64,000 nucleotides of DNA from Jatrophihabitans sp. (GTDB lineage: Bacteria; Actinomycetota; Actinomycetes; Mycobacteriales; Jatrophihabitantaceae). The stretch is taken from assembly GCA_036497285.1 (NCBI GenBank), contig DASXJR010000062.1, forward strand, positions 281 through 64,280, in the 5' to 3' direction. Of this stretch, positions 9,571 through 18,825 are shown piece by piece. Position numbers and translations under genes: made by a program. Position 1 is the stretch's first letter, and each line of letters opens with the position of its first letter. Under the pieces are notes generated by a model, which saw only the letters and a program-made list of their open reading frames with translations, had not been told where the DNA came from and did not search any database.

Positions 9571-9667
9571 CACCGACAATGGTCAGTGCGCGCACCGACA
9601 GTGGTCAGTTGGAGCGCACAGTGGTCAATTGCAACTGACCACTGTGGACAGAACTAACCACTGTCGG
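9571..9667. repeat. Family A nested-palindrome element, copy A1 (three forward and two reverse motif units)
   Basis: GACAATGGTCAGTG, GACAGTGGTCAGTT, CACAGTGGTCAATT | GCAACTGACCACTGTG, GAACTAACCACTGTC. Sits between convergent stop codons at 9560 and 9682. Confidence 0.9.
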
Positions 9668-9681
9668 GAAACGCGCCCAGC

Positions 9682-10614
9682 TCAATCGGTGGACGAAAGC
9701 GCGCGCACGACCAGCGACGGGCTGGGCCGGCCGAGCTGCTCGGCCATCCAACGGCTCGTCCCGACCAGCGCCTCGAGATCGACGCCGGTCTCGATGCCGA
9801 GCCCGTGCAGCATCCATACGAGATCTTCCGTCGCCAGGTTGCCGGTCGCGTTCTTGGCATAGGGGCACCCGCCGAGGCCGCCCGCGGACGCGTCGACGGT
9901 TGTGATGCCGTACCGCAACGCGGCCAGGGTGTTGGCCAGCGCCTGCCCGTACGTGTCGTGGAAATGCACTGCCAGCCGGTCGGCGGCGATCCCCCGCTCG
10001 CCGAACCCGGTGAGCAGGGCGGTGACATGCCCCGCACTCGCCACCCCGATCGTGTCGCCGAGGGACAGTTGCGAGCAGCCCAGGTCGAGCAACTGCGCGC
10101 CGACCGACACGACCTGCTCGATGGCCACCGCGCCCTCCCAGGGATCGCCGAAGCACATCGAGAGATAGGCGCGCACGTCCAGCCCTGCGTCCCGGGCGCG
10201 AGTCACGACCGGGCCGAACATCGTGATCGACTCCGCCACCGTCCGGTTGAGATTGCGTTTGGCGAACGACTCGGTCGCGCTGCCGAAGATGGCGATCTCG
10301 GTGATGCCGTGGGCCAGCGCACGGTCCAGACCGCGCTCGTTCGGGACGAGGACGGGGTAGCGCACGCCGGGCACCCGCTCGATCCGGCCGATCAGTTCCT
10401 CGGCGTCGGCCAGCTGCGGTACCCACGTCGGGTGCACGAAGCTGGTGGCCTCGATCGTGCGCAGTCCGGCAGCCGCGAGCCGGGCGACGAACTGAGCCTT
10501 CACCTCGACTGGAACCACCGTCGGCTCGTTTTGCAGACCGTCACGAGGCCCCACCTCGTGTATGGTGACGGCACTCGGCAGACCGGGCTCAACAACGCGC
10601 TGCGGGCTTCTCAC
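9682..10614 (-). CDS. Hydroxymethylglutaryl-CoA lyase
   Basis: HMGL-like motifs VTIHEVGPRDGLQNE, ...GDTIGVA..., HFHDTYGQALAN. GTG at 10614 chosen because the longer ORF (to 10692) would overlap the divergent neighbour. Confidence 0.85.
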   Translation of the reverse strand: MRSPQRVVEPGLPSAVTIHEVGPRDGLQNEPTVVPVEVKAQFVARLAAAGLRTIEATSFVHPTWVPQLADAEELIGRIERVPGVRYPVLVPNERGLDRALAHGITEIAIFGSATESFAKRNLNRTVAESITMFGPVVTRARDAGLDVRAYLSMCFGDPWEGAVAIEQVVSVGAQLLDLGCSQLSLGDTIGVASAGHVTALLTGFGERGIAADRLAVHFHDTYGQALANTLAALRYGITTVDASAGGLGGCPYAKNATGNLATEDLVWMLHGLGIETGVDLEALVGTSRWMAEQLGRPSPSLVVRALSSTD

Positions 10615-10684
10615 CCGTCCAGTATCCGTGCGGTAACCCTTAGTCCAGCTTGAACCGGTGTAATGGACGTATGGAGTCCGGCCT

Positions 10685-12271
10685 TTGAGCACAATCAGTC
10701 CCCGTTCCGCACCCCATCATCTGCGGGTGCGGCTGCCCAGCCTCGCCCTCGTGACGGTCACGAGCGTGCTCGTCGCCTGGCTCGCCCGCTGGGGTCCCGA
10801 CTGGCCGGCGCAGGAGTTCCGGGCCTGGATCGCCGGACACGACGGCCTGTCGCTGTGGACGATGCGCTGGTACAGCGGTTCGGCCTTGCCGGGCTATTCA
10901 GTGCTCTATCCGCCGCTCGCCGCGGTGCTGGGCGCGGGCACCGTCGGTGTCGTCGCGTGCGTGGCCATCACCTGGTCCGCCTCCGGGGCGATCCCCAACG
11001 TGAGCCGGCGCCGCGCGACGCTGATCGGCGTCGGAATCGCCGTCAGTGTCACCGAGAACCTGTTGATCGGCCAGGTGCCGTTCCTGCTCGGGACCGCGTT
11101 CGCGGTTGCGGCGGTCCGCAGCCTGCTGACCGGGCGCTCGCCCTACCTCACCGCCGCGCTCGCCGCACTGGCCTCGCTGTCCAGTCCGCTTGCCGGGGCG
11201 TTCGTGCTGCTCGTCTCGCCGGCTCTGGCGCACAACCGCGGGGTACGGGCCGTGTTGCCATTGGGCGCCGCGATCACCGGCTCAGCGGTCGCGTTCGTGA
11301 TCGGCGGGGTGGACGGACCGTTCCCGTGCCCATGGCAGACGTTCCTCGGTGTGGCCGCGTTCTGCGTCGCGATCCTGGTCATCGCTCCTAGGTCGCAGGC
11401 CGCGATGCGCTTGTTCGCCGCCTGCTATCTGCTCGTCGACGTCGCGGCGTTCTTGGCGCCGAACCCGATCGGCGGCAATGTCGCGCGCCTTGCCAAGCTC
11501 GTCGCGATCCCGCTTGCCGTGTACTACCTCGACGGTCGCGGGGTGTGGTCACGCATCCGGACGTCGGCGATCGCGGTGCTCGCGGTCGTGTGGCCGACGG
11601 TGGCATTCGCCTCGTCGGTGGTGCACGGCGCTGATGACCCGTCGCGGGCGCCGTCCTTCTATGCCGGCATCGACCGCTTCCTGGCGAGCCGGCCGGCGCT
11701 GATCTCCGGGCGGCTCGAGATCCCGTTCACCCGCGAACACTGGGAGTCCTACTTCGTCGCACGGCACTTCCCGATCGCCCGCGGGTGGGAACGGCAGTCC
11801 GACCTGCAGTACAACGCCGTCCTCTACAACCGGCTGACGCCCGCGCGCTACCGCGCCTGGCTCGACGACAATGCGGTCAGCGTGGTCGCCCTGCCGCGGG
11901 CACCGCTCGACACCGGAGGCAAGGCCGAGGCGGCGCTGCTGCGGCACGCACCGTCGTACCTCGTCCCGGTCTGGCAGGACGCGCACTGGCGGGTGTGGCG
12001 AGTGGCCGATCCCGAACCGCTCGTGTCCGGGCCGGCCCGGCTGGTCGATCAGGAGCCGTCAGCACTCACCTTGCACTTCTCTGCGCCGGGCACGGCCGTC
12101 GTCCGGGTCCGCGCGAGCAACCTCTGGGTCAGTGATGACCCGGACGCCTGCATCGGCCGTACGCCGCGGGACTGGCTCACGGTCAGTTCGCCGAGCGCCG
12201 GCAACATCCAGGTCAAGACGTCGCTGACGGCGCAGCTGATCACCGGGACGGGCTGCCCCGGCGACCGCTGA
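10685..12271 (+). CDS. Polytopic membrane protein with C-terminal soluble domain (possible GT-C-type glycosyltransferase)
   Basis: 528 aa. About 10 predicted TM helices, then a roughly 200-aa hydrophilic domain. No motif that I can name precisely. Confidence 0.5.
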   Translation: MSTISPRSAPHHLRVRLPSLALVTVTSVLVAWLARWGPDWPAQEFRAWIAGHDGLSLWTMRWYSGSALPGYSVLYPPLAAVLGAGTVGVVACVAITWSASGAIPNVSRRRATLIGVGIAVSVTENLLIGQVPFLLGTAFAVAAVRSLLTGRSPYLTAALAALASLSSPLAGAFVLLVSPALAHNRGVRAVLPLGAAITGSAVAFVIGGVDGPFPCPWQTFLGVAAFCVAILVIAPRSQAAMRLFAACYLLVDVAAFLAPNPIGGNVARLAKLVAIPLAVYYLDGRGVWSRIRTSAIAVLAVVWPTVAFASSVVHGADDPSRAPSFYAGIDRFLASRPALISGRLEIPFTREHWESYFVARHFPIARGWERQSDLQYNAVLYNRLTPARYRAWLDDNAVSVVALPRAPLDTGGKAEAALLRHAPSYLVPVWQDAHWRVWRVADPEPLVSGPARLVDQEPSALTLHFSAPGTAVVRVRASNLWVSDDPDACIGRTPRDWLTVSSPSAGNIQVKTSLTAQLITGTGCPGDR

Positions 12272-12278
12272 TCGTCGG

Positions 12279-12491
12279 CTACGCGGTCTCGACACTTTCG
12301 AGCGCCGCATCGGGAGCCTGGTGCGATTCCACCCATAGGCGCAGCGCATCGAACTCATCGATCTCGTAGCCGCAGCGACACGAGAACGCGAGCACGTGCT
12401 CGCTCTCGTCGACGTTCGCCAGGCACAGCGACACGGTGGCGGAACTGCCGCAGTCGGGACAGGCGACCGTGATCGTGGAAGCCGAGGCCAC
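12279..12491 (-). CDS. Small Cys-rich (zinc-ribbon-like) hypothetical protein
   Basis: 70 aa with CPDC...CRC pattern. Coding status is only supported by ORF length and codon bias. Confidence 0.35.
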   Translation of the reverse strand: MASASTITVACPDCGSSATVSLCLANVDESEHVLAFSCRCGYEIDEFDALRLWVESHQAPDAALESVETA

Positions 12492-12647
12492 GACGCCACC
12501 TCCTCTCGGCGGTGCGGGACAGTCGCCGTCGACGACTGCGGCCCGGGCGGGCCGACCGCTGACAGTACTCGATGGGCAGTCATACCGGTGTTCAGTGCGC
12601 TAAACCGGCAAAACGAATATGTTCCTCGCAGCACCGCGGCGTTCGTG

Positions 12648-13115
12648 TCACTCCGAGCCGTGCGCACGCCTGGCCGATCCTGGCTCCGGTACGACGAGAA
12701 CCGGACGGCCCTGGTGCCGAACCAGCCACTTGTTGACGGACTCGCCGCCGACCAGGTGATGCAGCGCGCCGGGATGCGTTGCGCCGACCACCAGGTAGGC
12801 CGCGTCGACCTCGTCGGCGAGCTTGGCGAGCGCCCTGGCCGGCTCGCCGCGTTGCTCGTGATAGGTCCAGGCGACGGCGGTCGCGCGCATCGCGGTCTCG
12901 ATCTCGCCACGTTCGCGGGCGCGGTTGCGTTCGCAGACGGCATCGAACTCGTCGCTGTCGGGGTCGATGCCGTAGTCGTCGACGGTGATGCTGTGCACGA
13001 CGTGCAGCGTCGCCCCCAGCCGGGTGGCCAGTTCGATCGCCGCCGCGAGCGCCGCCAGGCCCGCCGGTCGTCGATCGTGTCCGACGACCACGCAGATGTC
13101 GGTGTCGGTCGGCAT
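12648..13115 (-). CDS. Universal stress protein (UspA family)
   Basis: 155 aa. ICVVVG...LHVVH...YLVVGATHPG...VLVVP pattern typical of the Usp alpha/beta fold. Confidence 0.85.
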   Translation of the reverse strand: MPTDTDICVVVGHDRRPAGLAALAAAIELATRLGATLHVVHSITVDDYGIDPDSDEFDAVCERNRARERGEIETAMRATAVAWTYHEQRGEPARALAKLADEVDAAYLVVGATHPGALHHLVGGESVNKWLVRHQGRPVLVVPEPGSARRAHGSE

Positions 13116-13236
13116 GGCTCAAATAGTCCTACACATGGGTCCTACGCGAACCCCGAAACGTGTCACCTTTGGTCGGCCGGATTCGTCCTGGTTGTGACGC
13201 TCCACGAAGGCGTCCAACGATCAGAAAGGATCCGAG

Positions 13237-13704
13237 ATGCAAACCGTTTCGATCGAACCCCGTATGGACAACCCGGCGATGGTGACCTCGGACGTGCTGC
13301 CCGCGCTGCATGACGCGCACAAGGCGGCGATGAAATCCGGGCTCGCTGCGGAGATCGCGTACCTCGTCCACCTGCGCGCGAGCCAGATCAACGGCTGCTC
13401 GTACTGCACCGAGATGCACGCCCGCGAGCTCAAGGAATCGGGTGCGTCGGACGAGAAGATCTGGGCGGTGGGCGCATGGCGTGAGTCGCTGCGGTTCAGC
13501 GGCGCCGAGCGCGCCGCGCTGGCCCTGACCGAGTGCGTGACCCGGCTCGCGGACCGTCCCGACCCGGTGCCCGACGCGGTCTACGACGAAGCCGTCCGCT
13601 ACTTTGACACCCAGCAACTGAGCGGGCTGATCATCGAGATCGCGCTGATCAACGTGTGGAACCGGCTCAACGTGACCATTCGCCAGCCGTCCGGGGGCGA
13701 ATAG
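13237..13704 (+). CDS. Carboxymuconolactone decarboxylase / AhpD-like peroxidase family protein
   Basis: 155 aa. AhpD-type CxxC motif (INGCSYCTEMH). GAAAGGA RBS. Confidence 0.85.
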   Translation: MQTVSIEPRMDNPAMVTSDVLPALHDAHKAAMKSGLAAEIAYLVHLRASQINGCSYCTEMHARELKESGASDEKIWAVGAWRESLRFSGAERAALALTECVTRLADRPDPVPDAVYDEAVRYFDTQQLSGLIIEIALINVWNRLNVTIRQPSGGE

Positions 13705-13850
13705 GTCGGGGGGCGGCAAGCATGAACTCCTCTGAGGCTCTGCCGATTCTTTAAGCGGCCTCGTGATGACCTTTGCTTGGCCGTTCCGGGTCGAGGGCAT
13801 CGGGAGGGATCATGGTCACGCGCCGCAGGTCCAGCTCGGTTGCCGGCTAG

Positions 13851-15521
13851 GTGCCGCTCGAGATGCGCCCCACCGCAGTCGATGCGACGCCCCCGGCCGG
13901 CGCGGCGGTCGAACCGGTTCGGTCGGCCGCCGCGCTCGGCCGAGCGCTCCGGACGAAGGCCGCCGGTGGGATCTGGGCGCTGACGATCGCCGCGGTTGTC
14001 TACAGCCAGTTCAACATCTACGGCAAGCTCTCGCGCGATTCGGCGATTTACGTGTACGGCGGGCAGCGGTTCGTCCACGGCGCGCCGCCGTATGTCAGCA
14101 TCATGGATCCGAAGGGGCCGCTGTCGTCGATCTTGTGCGGCGTCGGGGTGGCCGTTGCGCGGCTGTTCGGGCGCAGCGACCTGCTGGTGATCCGCGTCGA
14201 GTTCTGCGCGCTCGCCATCCTCGGCGTGCTCGGCGTGTACCTGCTGGTCGTCGAACTGTGGCAATCGGTGGTAGGCGGCCTCGTGGCGGCCGCAGTGTTC
14301 GTGACCTTCAGTCGCTTCGCGCACCAAGCCCTGGCCGGGCCGGACGGGCACTCGCCGGGCACGGTCTTCCTGATCTTCGCCCTCTGGCTGACCGCGCGGA
14401 AGAACTGGTACTTGGGCGGTGTGGCCGCCGGACTCGCCTTCGTTTCGTGGCAACCGCTGTTTCCTTACGTGCCCATCTCGTTGCTCTGTGCGGTCGCCTG
14501 GTCGCCGGGGCGGCGGCGGCACGCGGCGGCGTGGAATCTCGCCGGCGCCGCAACCCCCGTCATCCTGCTGATGGGCTACTACGCCGCGGAGGGCCACCTC
14601 GGGAAGCTGTTCGAGGGGTTGTTCGTCTTCCCGCTCACCGGGACGCGCCGTGCGCCGCTGAGTTTCGGCGCGCGACTGCAGTTCATGTTCCGGAACGTCG
14701 CCGGCTCGTACGGCGCGGGCGCGGTCCTGCTTTGGATCGGCCTGGCATTGGTGCTCGCAGCAGCGGTGTGGATCGTGGTGCGTTCGCAGTGGCGCGCAGC
14801 TTTACTGCACCCGCTCGTCCTGCTCGTGGGGCTCAGTCTCGTCACCCAACTCGCGTACATGGCCTATGACTACATCGGTTGGACGCACGCCTTCCCGGTG
14901 TTGCCCTACGCCGCCGCCGGCTTCGGGATGGCCGGCGCGAAACTGTTGCACCGACTGTCGGGCGTGCGGGCGCAGCAGGCGGCGACCGCCGGCCTGCTGA
15001 TCGGTGTCACTGCCCTTGTGACCACCTGCGCGGTCCTGTACTACCAGCCGTCGGACGACGAGCCGCTCCGAAGCGAACAGGCCAGCGCTTGCGCCATCGC
15101 GGGAGCGCTGGTGCCCGGGACTCCGCTGTGGACGCTCGGCGACCCCGTCCCGCTCGTCCTGCTGCACCGCAGCAACCCGGACAACTACCCGTACCTGGGT
15201 AGCGGCGAGGACGTGTGGAAGGTGAAGCACACGCGCGGCGGATTCGACGGATGGACCGACCAGATCGCGGCGAGCGGCGCGACCGTCATCGTGATGGATA
15301 CCTGGCGTGGACCGTACCGAGGGCCGATGCACGACTGGCTGGTCACGCATGGGTACCAACTGGGCTACATCGGGCCGTTCCGCGTGTACGTCACGCGCGC
15401 GGCTCGAGTGCAGATGGGGGTCGAGTCGATCCCACGGGCCCGCCATAAGGAGCAGTGGCCGCTGACGACCACCGGCGGAACGTTTCGCGACACCGGTTGC
15501 ACCCATATCGAAGCCGGCTGA
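13851..15521 (+). CDS. Polytopic membrane protein with C-terminal soluble domain (possible glycosyl/mannosyltransferase)
   Basis: 556 aa. More than 10 TM helices followed by a roughly 130-aa hydrophilic tail. Same architecture as 10685-12271. Confidence 0.5.
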   Translation: MPLEMRPTAVDATPPAGAAVEPVRSAAALGRALRTKAAGGIWALTIAAVVYSQFNIYGKLSRDSAIYVYGGQRFVHGAPPYVSIMDPKGPLSSILCGVGVAVARLFGRSDLLVIRVEFCALAILGVLGVYLLVVELWQSVVGGLVAAAVFVTFSRFAHQALAGPDGHSPGTVFLIFALWLTARKNWYLGGVAAGLAFVSWQPLFPYVPISLLCAVAWSPGRRRHAAAWNLAGAATPVILLMGYYAAEGHLGKLFEGLFVFPLTGTRRAPLSFGARLQFMFRNVAGSYGAGAVLLWIGLALVLAAAVWIVVRSQWRAALLHPLVLLVGLSLVTQLAYMAYDYIGWTHAFPVLPYAAAGFGMAGAKLLHRLSGVRAQQAATAGLLIGVTALVTTCAVLYYQPSDDEPLRSEQASACAIAGALVPGTPLWTLGDPVPLVLLHRSNPDNYPYLGSGEDVWKVKHTRGGFDGWTDQIAASGATVIVMDTWRGPYRGPMHDWLVTHGYQLGYIGPFRVYVTRAARVQMGVESIPRARHKEQWPLTTTGGTFRDTGCTHIEAG

Positions 15522-15547
15522 ACGCGTCCTCGAGGATCCGGCCCCCG

Positions 15548-16048
15548 TCAGCGGTCGTCGCGGCGCGCCTGGTTGCGTCTGCCGATGGCGATGTCGGATG
15601 CGTCGCGCTTGCGTCGTCCGGTGGACTTGTGCGGCGGCCGAGCATCGGCGGACGTGTCGGTGGTCTCCTTCGGTACGGGTCGATGCGCGGCGCGAAGCGC
15701 GGCGCCGGGAGGACGGGCGGCGGCCAGGCGTTCAGCCCGAAGTTCCGTGGCCGCCCGCCGGGCGGCCTTCGCCAGGGCGCTGCTGACTCGGGCCAGCGAA
15801 GTCTCGAACACTTCGACCCTGTCGCGGGCGCGCTGGTTCTCGGCGTGCGCGACGCCGCGGCTGCCGGTCTCGTCCACGGCGGCGGCACCTTGGCGCCGGT
15901 ACTGCCCCAGGTATTTGTTGCGGGCCCGGCGCACTCGAGCGTGCAGTTCGAGCAGCGCGTCTTCGTCGAGGTCGGCGAGCATGCTGGGCTCGGTGCTCCG
16001 TGCGATCGCCAGCTCCGACTCGGTCAATGAGTTGAGCGTCGCCTCCAT
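15548..16048 (-). CDS. Hypothetical protein (helical, basic C-terminus)
   Basis: ATG at 16048 (MEATLNSLTESEL...). 166 aa. No recognisable domain. Confidence 0.45.
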   Translation of the reverse strand: MEATLNSLTESELAIARSTEPSMLADLDEDALLELHARVRRARNKYLGQYRRQGAAAVDETGSRGVAHAENQRARDRVEVFETSLARVSSALAKAARRAATELRAERLAAARPPGAALRAAHRPVPKETTDTSADARPPHKSTGRRKRDASDIAIGRRNQARRDDR

Positions 16049-16133
16049 GTCGAACCTCCACAACCAGACGCTCGACCACCACATACCTCGTGGCGCACAG
16101 CAACATCACCCGCGCCGGATGAGCCGTGCAGCT

Positions 16134-16244
16134 TCACCGGGACAGCGCTTGGAGGATGGCCAGGTTGGCAGTCGTGCTGCCGTCCACGCCCAGGTGCAGC
16201 AGTTGATTAAGGCGTTCGCCGTCGTTGACCGTCCACGCCGTCGC
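16134..16244 (-). pseudogene. Possible C-terminal remnant of a glycerophosphodiester phosphodiesterase (GDPD)
   Basis: Minus-strand frame reads ...TAWTVNDGERLNQLLHLGVDGSTTANLAILQALSR*, which resembles the conserved GDPD C-terminus (WTVN....LL..GVDG..T). No upstream coding continuation. Confidence 0.3.
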
Positions 16245-16436
16245 CGAACGAGCGTTAGCAGCGCCCGTCGATGGGGCACTGTATCGGCAGAGCCCCCGAT
16301 AAGTGAGTGATCATGACCCACGACATCTTGATCGCGTTCTTCGTCTGTGCACCCGCCCTGGCGCTGATGATCACGTTCCTGACCTTGGGTTGGCGCAACG
16401 TCCGGAGGCAGTGAGCGGCGTCCGGCGCGTCGGAAC

Positions 16437-17489
16437 CTACGGTGTCGACGCCGCCGCGGCCTTGTCGCCGATGCGGGCGCACTCGCCGATCTGGTGCATG
16501 TGCCGCAGGGCAATCCGGTAGGACTCGAGCAGGCCCGTCTCCGTGTAGGGAATGCCGAGCTGTCTGCAGTGCCGACGCACGATGGGTTGTAGCTGTCGCA
16601 GCGCGGGACTCGGCATGCTCGGGAACAGATGATGTTCGATCTGGTAGTTCAGGCCGCCGAGCAACGTGTCGACCAGACGGCTTCCCGAGATGTTGCGGGA
16701 CGGGACGACCTGACGCCGAAGGAAGTCGAGCGAATCGCCTTCGGCGAGCATGGGCATCCCTTTGTGGTTCGGCGCGAACGAGCAGCCCATGTAGACACCG
16801 AACACGGCTTGGCTGATCGCGACGAAAGCGATGACCTTGCCGAACGGCATCGCGAGAAGGGGTAGCCCGATCAGCGCTATGAGGTGGACGACCAGCAGCA
16901 ACTTCTCAGCCCGTGGCCAGCGCACCGGCTTGCCACCCCATAGATGGGTGATCGCTGAGACGTGCAGGTTCAAGCCTTCGAGGGTGAGCAGCGGGAAGAA
17001 CAATTTCGCCTCATGCTTGGCGACCTGCCGGGCCAGCCCGGTGCGTGCGCCGACCTGACGTGCGGTGAACGCGAGCACGCTCTCGGCGACGTCCGGGTCC
17101 CGCTCCTCGTGGTTCGGGTTCGCGTGGTGACGGGTGTGCTCGTCCACCCACCAGCCGTAGCTCAACCCGACGAGCAGATTGCCTGCCACCGTGCCGATCA
17201 GATCGTTGCAACGCCTGGTCCGGCACATCTGCTGGTGACCTGCGTCGTGACCCAGGAACGCGATCTGGGTCAGCACCACCCCGAGCGCGGTTGCGACGAT
17301 CAACTGGTACCAGGAATTTCCGAGCAGCCAGACGGCCACCACCACGGCAGCCATTGCCAACGCCAGCACGGCGGCGCGCACCGCGTAGTACGTCCTGCGC
17401 CGACGCAGCAGGCCGGCGGCCTTCACGTGTCGGCTGAGCACCGAGAAATCGGTGCCTCGGTCCGTGGGGACACCGGCAACTGCCGTCAT
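16437..17489 (-). CDS. Membrane fatty-acid (acyl-CoA/lipid) desaturase
   Basis: 350 aa. Three His boxes: HDAGHQQ, HTRHHANPN, QIEHHLFP. Confidence 0.85.
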   Translation of the reverse strand: MTAVAGVPTDRGTDFSVLSRHVKAAGLLRRRRTYYAVRAAVLALAMAAVVVAVWLLGNSWYQLIVATALGVVLTQIAFLGHDAGHQQMCRTRRCNDLIGTVAGNLLVGLSYGWWVDEHTRHHANPNHEERDPDVAESVLAFTARQVGARTGLARQVAKHEAKLFFPLLTLEGLNLHVSAITHLWGGKPVRWPRAEKLLLVVHLIALIGLPLLAMPFGKVIAFVAISQAVFGVYMGCSFAPNHKGMPMLAEGDSLDFLRRQVVPSRNISGSRLVDTLLGGLNYQIEHHLFPSMPSPALRQLQPIVRRHCRQLGIPYTETGLLESYRIALRHMHQIGECARIGDKAAAASTP

Positions 17490-17635
17490 CGTGCTGCTCC
17501 GCTCGATCGTCGACCGAACACAGCAAATCGCGACATCCGGTTGGCCGGGGTCTTACCCCGTTGGTCCGCGCGCCACACGCGCGTGCATGGGACAGTCGGA
17601 CCGGGCCGCGTAGGCGCATACAGGCAAGGTGTCAG

Positions 17636-18421
17636 ATGATCGAAATCTTCCACTCGCGTGAACTGCCACGAGCCAGGGAAGCAGGCGCGTTGGTCGCCGG
17701 CATTTTGCAGACGCTCAGGTGCCGCTGCGAGGTGGGCACCAACCTTCTGGACATCGACCGGTGGACCCACGACATGATCACCGAGGCCGGCGCTCAGTCG
17801 TGCTACGTCGACTACGAGCCGTCCTTCGGGCGTGGGCCGTTCGGTCACTACATCTGCACATCGGTCAACGATGCTGTGCTGCACGGGCGGCCCCATCACT
17901 ACACGCTTGCCAACGGCGACCTGCTGACGCTCGACTTGGCCGTGTCCAAAGGCGGAGTTGTCGCGGACTGCGCCATCAGCTTCATCGTGGGCGACGCGAA
18001 GCCCTCGCAGAGCGTTGCGATGATCAGTGCCACCGAGCGGGCATTGAGCGCCGGAATTGCCGCGGCACGCCCTGGCGCTCGCATCGGCGATGTCTCCCAT
18101 GCCATCGGCGCGGTCCTCACCGCCGCGGGGTATCTGATCAACACCGAATTCGGTGGTCACGGCGTCGGCACGACGATGCACCAGGACCCGCACGTCCCGA
18201 ACACCGGGCGACGCGGTCGTGGATACAGATTGCGTCCCGGGCTCCTGCTGGCATTGGAGCCGTGGGTCATGGCGGACACCGCCGAACTCGTGACAGATGC
18301 CGACGGCTGGACACTCCGCAGCGCGACGGGCTCCCGGACTGCACACAGCGAACACACGATCGCTGTCACCGATGACGGCATCGAAGTTCTCACCTTGCCC
18401 AAGGAGGTCGACGATGGATGA
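17636..18421 (+). CDS. map: Methionine aminopeptidase, type I (short form)
   Basis: Start at MIEIFHSRELPRAREAG. Pita-bread fold metal ligands (DLAV..., HGVG, LEP, EHT). Confidence 0.9.
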   Translation: MIEIFHSRELPRAREAGALVAGILQTLRCRCEVGTNLLDIDRWTHDMITEAGAQSCYVDYEPSFGRGPFGHYICTSVNDAVLHGRPHHYTLANGDLLTLDLAVSKGGVVADCAISFIVGDAKPSQSVAMISATERALSAGIAAARPGARIGDVSHAIGAVLTAAGYLINTEFGGHGVGTTMHQDPHVPNTGRRGRGYRLRPGLLLALEPWVMADTAELVTDADGWTLRSATGSRTAHSEHTIAVTDDGIEVLTLPKEVDDG

Positions 18422-18701
18422 GATGCAGCTCGTCCCGATCGCATACGTGGTCTCCGAGCTGCGCGACCGTTCCGAAGCGCCGCGACAGGGGAACGACGAT
18501 GCGCCGGACGCCTGGCTGATGTTCTCGGACGATGTCGTGGACGGACTGCGCGACATCACGGCGGGCGCCGAGCTGCTGGTGCTGACCTGGTTGCACCTGT
18601 CCCGCCGGGACGAGCTCGCCACTCGTCCGGGCAACGACCCGAACAATCCGATCACCGGCGTGTTCAACACCCGCTCACCGAACCGGCCCAATCCGATCGG
18701 G
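18414..18701 (+). pseudogene. TrmO/TsaA-like tRNA methyltransferase, N-terminal 96 aa only (truncated)
   Basis: MDEMQLVPIAYVVSELRDRSEAPRQG...GVFNTRSPNRPNPIG matches the TsaA/YaeB fold up to the NPIG motif. After a G6 run the frame becomes Arg/Pro/Ser-rich nonsense and runs antisense into the next gene. 8-nt overlap with the map stop. Confidence 0.5.
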
Positions 18702-18825
18702 GGGCGCCGAGGGAGGGACCGCCACAGCCGACCGACTGCAACGCCGCCGGTGACGAGCAGCAGCCAGGCCCACGGCAAGAGTGCGCCGCCCGTCAGCCGG
18801 TGTTCGTGCCGGGTTCAACCCTGCG

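Noticed and set aside
9571-9667. Whether the repeated palindromes (families A, B, C) could be CRISPR arrays.
   Set aside because: There are no regularly spaced identical direct repeats separated by unique spacers. Units are inverted relative to each other, clusters are under 100 bp, and no cas genes are present.
13116-13236. Possible DosR/DevR-type box (AGTCCTACACATGGGTCCTA) between the usp and ahpD-like genes.
   Set aside because: The two halves are direct rather than inverted and deviate from the GGGACT...AGTCCC palindrome. The resemblance is superficial.
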